From Desulfotalea psychrophila LSv54 (GTDB taxonomy: Bacteria > Desulfobacterota > Desulfobulbia > Desulfobulbales > Desulfocapsaceae): DNA of 32,000 bases. The stretch spans positions 1,800,001-1,832,000 of the forward strand of contig NC_006138.1 in assembly GCF_000025945.1 (NCBI RefSeq). The letters run 5' to 3'. A model generated the notes under the pieces. That model did no database searches and was not told where the DNA came from. It was given only the letters and a program-made list of their open reading frames with translations. The translations under genes and the position numbers were made by a program. Shown here piece by piece: positions 26,886 to 32,000 of this stretch (position 1 is the stretch's first letter; every line of letters starts with the position of its first letter).

Positions 26886-27021
26886 GATTTTTTACTGGTT
26901 ATTTTGCCTTCTGAGTATTTGATTGTGCCTCAACCGGATTCGGTTTGTTTATGACGAAATAATTGAGCGATAAGCATCACAAATGGCGTCATATTTTACT
27001 CACATTTTAAGCTTGTTATCT

Positions 27022-27050
27022 ATTGTAGGCTTTTGAATTTGCCAATTCAA
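27022..27050 (-). promoter_or_regulatory. Candidate promoter for pgaC-pgaD-pgaA-pgaB
   Basis: Minus strand TTGAAT (27050-27045), 17 nt, TACAAT (27027-27022); -35 region embedded in inverted repeat TTGAATT-TGCC-AATTCAA (27033-27050). Confidence 0.45.
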
Positions 27051-27373
27051 GGGACGAATTAAAAAAATTTCTTGTTAGGTCAAAGGCTTTGTAAGGTTAC
27101 TTTTCTGTAGGTAGTGCGGTAGATTTGCGTCAGGTTTTGGCGGCCATGATGTCACCCTGTCTGATTATAATATTTGGTAAAATCAAGGAGATGTGGCTGA
27201 TCTGGTTAGGACAAGGAGAGGGGCCCTATCGTGCTCTTTTTAGGAGAAAACTTAAATTTTTCATCAATGGACAAGTAAAATTATCCAGAACATGACAGCT
27301 TTGGCAGGGCCGAAGCCTGGGGCTGGCCTCTCCTGATGAGAGAATGTTGCTGAAAAAGAGGTGCGCCAGGGAA

Positions 27374-27399
27374 CGCTCTGCTACTGTGGTAGCAGAGCG
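27374..27399. other. Perfect 11-bp-stem hairpin downstream of the DUF748-like gene
   Basis: CGCTCTGCTAC-TGTG-GTAGCAGAGCG. Confidence 0.8.
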
Positions 27400-27475
27400 C
27401 TATGGAGCTGTTGCCAGGCGTATGGCTTTTCTGGAAGTAGAAGGTTTAATAATGAATGGAAGTTCTGGCAGGGGC

Positions 27476-30400
27476 TTAATCGTTTTCTCTGGCAGTTAAG
27501 TAGAAGTGAGCCTTATTGTCTGATTTTTCTGTGAGCTTATCTGCGCGTATTACTCTCACCCGCTCTTTTGCCAGCCCTAGTTGTTTGGTAAAAACATTTG
27601 CTATCATCTCAGATCGTTGTTGAGCAAGACTTAGAAGCATCTCGTGGCTGACATCGACGGGCTCTGCCTGAAGAGGAATGAAGATATTTTCCTCAATGAA
27701 GCCCTCCTCGTCTGTTGCTAGTTCCGGGCCTCTGCGTTCAGCCTGCCAATTAGCCAAGCGTTTTTTGTTGATGGCCTCCACTCGTTTGCGCTCTGTCGTG
27801 GTGAGTTGCTCCTGTAGCGCTTGGCGATCTGCCTTCAGTGATGCCTCGCCTCTGATCTGAATATTGATAAGGGGGTAGGCTAAGAGAAATTTTTGCAGGC
27901 GGATCAGGGTGTGCATGCCCTTTTCTGAGAGACTTATTTGGCCGAAACGAAATAGCATGGAACTCTTGTCTATAAGGTCTTTAAAACTCTTGTCTGCCAC
28001 TAAAAACGGTGAAATTTCACTTTTTATCAGGAGTTTATTGATATATTTTTCTGTCTCTTCCAGTAGAGTTTTTTCGCTTGTTCCCTTTTGAGTCTGGCTT
28101 AAAATTGAAATTTTTGGATGACTGTTTTGCCCCTGCAGCAGGGCCATAAGGAGAGTAAGTCGCTTGTCTTTGCAGGATGGCGATATAAATTCTATATCTG
28201 TAATTGTGCTTGATTTCTGTCTGTTTTCTTGTCCGTAGATCTTTGCGTTGAATCCCCTGGCCAGAGTTTTTTCTCGGAGGAGACGGGATTGCTTGGCGAA
28301 AAGTTCTGGCGGGATATCTGTCAGGCGCAGGGTGTATTCGTTACTGGGCCCAGGTGCGAATACCTGCATATTTCCATGAATAGTTAGAGCTGTCTGCTTT
28401 ATTTTTCCGCTTGCCTTAAAGGTAATGGGCCCTTTGTTTTTCGAATCAATGGGCTCAATAGTGCCGGAAAAGTTTGTTATCTTTTCTCTCCATGTGGGTG
28501 ACATGCGCTTATCATTGATTGTCAGAGTTCCAGCTGTAAAGGATATTTTTTTGATATTGATAAACTGCCCTCTCTCTTCTTCCTGTTTCCCGAGGAGGTT
28601 GGCAAAAGCCTTTTCAGCCTTCTGGTAAGGTGGTGGGGAGTTAGATTCTCTGTCCCAGCTGATAAGAGGTTTTTCGATATCTATGCTGTCCATCTTTAAT
28701 GCCCCGCTTGCCCTGTCGTATTGAATCTTTTTAAAGGAGGCTTTTTGCCAGGAGAAACGTTTATCCAGGCCCGTTTTGATGGAGCCATTTTGGGCGATAA
28801 TGTCTCCTTTGAAGGAGGTATTGGGCAGTATGAAGCGTCCCTTACCAGAGAGGCGTGCCGTACTTTTATGAAAAAGAGCTTGTGAGCTGAAATAGGGTAG
28901 GACCGTTTCTGCCTTAATGGTAGAAAATTCTGTTTCTAGCCAGAGGGAGTAGGGGGTAAGTTTTGTCCGCCCTCTGCCCTGTAGGGATCCCCCATCTATG
29001 GTTTTTGCCGAGATCTTAATGTTATCTGTATTTATCTGCTTTTCGTTTAACCTGTCCGTTTTTAAGCTGAATGAGGCCAGCTTGATTGTGGGCTTGTTTG
29101 TTTCTGTGAGCGTTCCCTTACCCTTTATCTGTAGGGAGGCAAGTTTTATATGATCCTGGCCGGTGGAGAAATTTCTGAAGAGGACAGGGAGCTTTTTGTT
29201 ATTAATGTTGAGCGTCGCCCTCTCTATGGAGATATCTCCCAGTGTTCTGTTCATGGGAGACAGGTTTACCCCAGACATGGTGACTATGGGGGCTGTGAGC
29301 CAGTCTTTGCCCCTATCCTGTAGCACTACACTGTTGAATTTGATCTTGCCTTCGCCCAAACGCAGAGAGAAAAGAGAGTTCTTGTCCCCGGTGATATCCA
29401 GCTGTCCGCTGAGTATGCCTCTGCCGTGATCGCCTTTTCCTGAGGTAATTCCTGCATATTGAAAAAAATCATTAAGGGAAAAATTTTTCAGTTCGATTCT
29501 ACCCTCGGCACTCTTCTTCTTGATCTTGCCCTGCCAAGAGAGCTGAGCTTGGGATGTCTGGGCCTCTATATTTAATTGGGCGGGGGAGGAGTCGTCGCTA
29601 TTGCTCCAGTTTTGCAGGAAGAGGTTGATTGTTTTTACCTTGGCTTCCTGGCCAAGACTTAAGCTGCCATTTTTTATAGTAATTTTTTCTACTACGACAG
29701 TCTCTCTCTCCTGCTGTCCTGCTTTTTCATCTGGCAGGAGTATGCCTATATCTTTAATGGCGAAACCCTTTGGTAGCTGTAGGCTTGGTTGCTCCAGTTG
29801 AAAATCTTTGATCAGGGTGTTTCTTGAAAGAGGTTGGAATTCAGCCCTTATTTGAGACCTTGGAATATTGATGCTGGCCTTTTTTGAATTATGGCGCAGA
29901 GTAATATTGGTTGCCGTAATGTTCATGCCCAGAGTAAGGGTTTCCACCGAATTTTCTGTGGAGTTGAAAAATAGGTCAATGGAACCTGTGCCAAGACCGC
30001 TTTTTATTTCAAAGGGAATATGAAGGGGCAGGTAGCTGAAGTAGAGGGGCAGATCAAGATCTTTTACCTCGCAGCTAATTCGGGAATCTTTCCCATAACT
30101 GTTTTTGCTGAAATGAATGGGACTGCCATTAATAATGGCAGAAAAATACGGTTTCGTGGTGATCTCTGTTCCGGAGTCGAAGTTGTTTATTGTTGGCAGG
30201 GATATTTTTATATCCTTGCCATGGTGTGTTTGTTTTCCAGGAATGTCTTGGAAAACAAAGCTTCCATTTTCCATGACAATATTATTAAAAGAAAATAAGA
30301 AGAGAGACTCTTTTATAGCTGCAATATTGGTTATTAATTTTCCGTTTTTATCCTTGAAGAGAGAGCCGAAATTATAAAGATTAGCCCCCTCTTTTTTTAG

Positions 30401-30868
30401 CGCGAGGTGGACTCCATTGAGTGTGCTCCTTCGGCTGGTGAATTTCTTATGGAGTAATCCCAAGGGCTCAATTGCGGTGGAGAGGCTGTCTATGCTAAGG
30501 AGGGGGGCTTGGTGGTTGTTGGCACCAGGTTTTTTTATCTCTGCCTTTATTATTGAGATTTCAAAGGAAAATGGATTTGCCTTTACCTCTTCAATTTCAA
30601 GTTTGAATTCGCTGTGGGCTGCGACATATTCTGGCAGGACATTTTTAATATAGTAGGGGACAGCAAAAAAGCCCAAGAGAGAGTAACTGGCCAAGAGAAG
30701 GGCCAATGTGAAGAACAGTATGGGCAGGGCCCTGCCCCTCTTTCTCTTTTTGGCAGGAGGGCTCGAAGGAGGCTTTGGGCTATGGCCTGTCTTTTTTATC
30801 TGTTTGCTGGTTTTTTTTGTACGTGTTTCTGGTGCGTCTATGGAAATAGAACCAAAGTCATCAGCCAT
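27476..30868 (-). CDS. AsmA-like / DUF748-domain envelope protein with C-terminal OmpA-like region
   Basis: ORF to 30994 uses a TTG start; ATG at 30868 (MADDFGSISID) more plausible. One N-terminal TM ('LPILFFTLALLLASYSLLGFFAVPYYI'), then repetitive beta-type segments; 'LQLPKGFAIKDIGILLPDE', 'GHGRGILSGQLDITGDKNSLFSLRLGEGKIKFNSV'. Confidence 0.8.
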   Translation of the reverse strand: MADDFGSISIDAPETRTKKTSKQIKKTGHSPKPPSSPPAKKRKRGRALPILFFTLALLLASYSLLGFFAVPYYIKNVLPEYVAAHSEFKLEIEEVKANPFSFEISIIKAEIKKPGANNHQAPLLSIDSLSTAIEPLGLLHKKFTSRRSTLNGVHLALKKEGANLYNFGSLFKDKNGKLITNIAAIKESLFLFSFNNIVMENGSFVFQDIPGKQTHHGKDIKISLPTINNFDSGTEITTKPYFSAIINGSPIHFSKNSYGKDSRISCEVKDLDLPLYFSYLPLHIPFEIKSGLGTGSIDLFFNSTENSVETLTLGMNITATNITLRHNSKKASINIPRSQIRAEFQPLSRNTLIKDFQLEQPSLQLPKGFAIKDIGILLPDEKAGQQERETVVVEKITIKNGSLSLGQEAKVKTINLFLQNWSNSDDSSPAQLNIEAQTSQAQLSWQGKIKKKSAEGRIELKNFSLNDFFQYAGITSGKGDHGRGILSGQLDITGDKNSLFSLRLGEGKIKFNSVVLQDRGKDWLTAPIVTMSGVNLSPMNRTLGDISIERATLNINNKKLPVLFRNFSTGQDHIKLASLQIKGKGTLTETNKPTIKLASFSLKTDRLNEKQINTDNIKISAKTIDGGSLQGRGRTKLTPYSLWLETEFSTIKAETVLPYFSSQALFHKSTARLSGKGRFILPNTSFKGDIIAQNGSIKTGLDKRFSWQKASFKKIQYDRASGALKMDSIDIEKPLISWDRESNSPPPYQKAEKAFANLLGKQEEERGQFINIKKISFTAGTLTINDKRMSPTWREKITNFSGTIEPIDSKNKGPITFKASGKIKQTALTIHGNMQVFAPGPSNEYTLRLTDIPPELFAKQSRLLREKTLARGFNAKIYGQENRQKSSTITDIEFISPSCKDKRLTLLMALLQGQNSHPKISILSQTQKGTSEKTLLEETEKYINKLLIKSEISPFLVADKSFKDLIDKSSMLFRFGQISLSEKGMHTLIRLQKFLLAYPLINIQIRGEASLKADRQALQEQLTTTERKRVEAINKKRLANWQAERRGPELATDEEGFIEENIFIPLQAEPVDVSHEMLLSLAQQRSEMIANVFTKQLGLAKERVRVIRADKLTEKSDNKAHFYLTAREND

Positions 30869-31188
30869 AATAAATATATTAATGTGTTGGTGATAGAGAT
30901 ATAGCCCATCTGTATGAAATAATAAGCTGAGATGGCGATAAGAGATATTTTCATTTTCAATGATATTAATGCCCTGAGTATAATCGTTTTTCAAGAAGAA
31001 ATGTTTGTTTGAGGAAAAAAGAGTGATAATTATCTAAAAAAAGGACAATTCTAGAAAAAGTTATGCTATACTGAGTTGTAAGTTGTGGGTGCTTTTTTTG
31101 TTGTTAATTAACAGGGAAAGCCCAATTTATAATGATCCTTTGACTCCTATGTTCTCTCTGTTGAGAGACGACAACAATTTGAAAAAAT

Positions 31189-31980
31189 ATGTTTGATATT
31201 GTGCGTTATTTTCGCTGGCAGGATATATTAGATATTCTGGTTGTCGCTTTTGTGATTTATCAGTTGATATCTATTATTCGTGGAACCAGATCGGTGCAAA
31301 TGGTTGTAGGGCTTGGTGTTCTCTTTGTTGTCTACGCTATGGCTTCACTTCTCGATCTTTCTGTGCTTACCTGGATCATGCGTACCTCCTTGAGTTCTCT
31401 TTTTCTTATCATTATTATTGTCTTTCAGCAGGATATTCGTAGAGCCTTGACCCAGGTTGGGCAATCCCCCTTTCAAAAACATGCCGATGTGGTTGAAAAA
31501 GATCTCGATGAGGTAATACGTTCGGTTTTTTATCTCGCCAAGCGTCGGATTGGTGCTCTCATTGTTATTGAACGGGAAAACGGTTTGGGGGAGTACGTGG
31601 AATCGGGCTTTATCCTCAATGCTAAACTGTCAAAAGAGTTGCTTATATCGATATTTATGCCCGTTTCTCCTCTGCATGATGGGGGGGTGCTCATTAGCAA
31701 GGGACGAATTGAACATGCAGGTTGTATCTTGCCGCTTACGCAAAATCCCTATATAAATAAAAGGTATGGCACAAGACATCGGGCCGCAATTGGCATATCA
31801 GAGGAGACCGATGCTGTTATACTTGTGGTCTCTGAGGAGACCCAAGAGGTGTCCATTGTTCAGTATGGCTCCCTGACTACTATCAATGATGAGATGAGTT
31901 TGAAAACGAATTTGCGGGCAATTTTTTTGGACAAGAAGAAACAAAACTCCTTTTGGCAGGATTGGGTGGGACGAAAATGA
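31189..31980 (+). CDS. cdaA: Diadenylate cyclase, CdaA/DacA type (c-di-AMP synthase)
   Basis: 263 aa; three N-terminal TM segments, 'SPLHDGGVLISKGRIEHAGCILPLTQN', 'YGTRHRAAIGISEETDAVILVVSEE' (DGG and RHR DAC motifs). Confidence 0.94.
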   Translation: MFDIVRYFRWQDILDILVVAFVIYQLISIIRGTRSVQMVVGLGVLFVVYAMASLLDLSVLTWIMRTSLSSLFLIIIIVFQQDIRRALTQVGQSPFQKHADVVEKDLDEVIRSVFYLAKRRIGALIVIERENGLGEYVESGFILNAKLSKELLISIFMPVSPLHDGGVLISKGRIEHAGCILPLTQNPYINKRYGTRHRAAIGISEETDAVILVVSEETQEVSIVQYGSLTTINDEMSLKTNLRAIFLDKKKQNSFWQDWVGRK

Positions 31981-32000
31981 AAAATACATGGCAACAGGTT
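31977..32000 (+). CDS. Start of next gene (MKNTWQQV...), possibly CdaR/YbbR-domain partner; truncated by window
   Basis: ATG overlaps the cdaA TGA by 4 nt; identity inferred only from common cdaA-cdaR gene order. Confidence 0.4.

Noticed and set aside
27142-27170. TTTGCGTCAG 10-mer shared with the 20780-20958 palindromic element
   Set aside because: Flanking sequence does not align, so I do not call a second copy.
27060-27200. Possible GEMM (c-di-GMP-I) riboswitch upstream of pgaC: minus strand contains CCAAAACCTGACGCAAATC
   Set aside because: The P1b stem between the AAACC and GACGCAAA elements is missing, so it does not fit the established architecture. A Rfam scan would settle it.

Overview
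This 32 kb window looks like ordinary chromosomal core sequence. Protein content and gene mix suggest a Desulfotalea/Desulfobulbales-like sulfate reducer; that assignment is inference, not a database result. Plus strand: 3' end of purN, pyrR, a large U32 peptidase-family gene, rpsT, trpE-trpG-trpD-trpC-trpF, a lone fliW, a CdaA-type diadenylate cyclase, and the first codons of a probable partner gene. Minus strand: a tandem pair of small ferritin-like genes, an uncharacterised membrane protein, a 60-aa ORF with a good SD, lolD-lolC/E, lysS, trpB-trpA, an uncharacterised 550-aa protein, rsmI, a PNAG/poly-GlcNAc biofilm locus in the order pgaC-pgaD-pgaA-pgaB, and a 1.1-kaa AsmA/DUF748-like protein. 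I see no CRISPR array, prophage, IS transposase, rRNA or tRNA. I did not find a convincing new multi-gene system. The most interesting non-obvious signals are: (1) a 179-bp end-to-end imperfect palindrome between pgaB and rsmI that looks like a MITE/REP-like or structured-RNA element; (2) a tandem gene duplication that includes the promoter, in which one copy has lost the ferritin-like ExxH histidine, with a 7-bp tandem repeat at the end of the other copy; (3) a perfect 18-bp palindrome and alternative-pairing segments before trpE; (4) a trp pathway split into trpEGDCF (+) and trpBA (-); (5) a PgaB whose C-terminal hydrolase-like domain looks degenerate; (6) several perfect or near-perfect hairpins in intergenic gaps.
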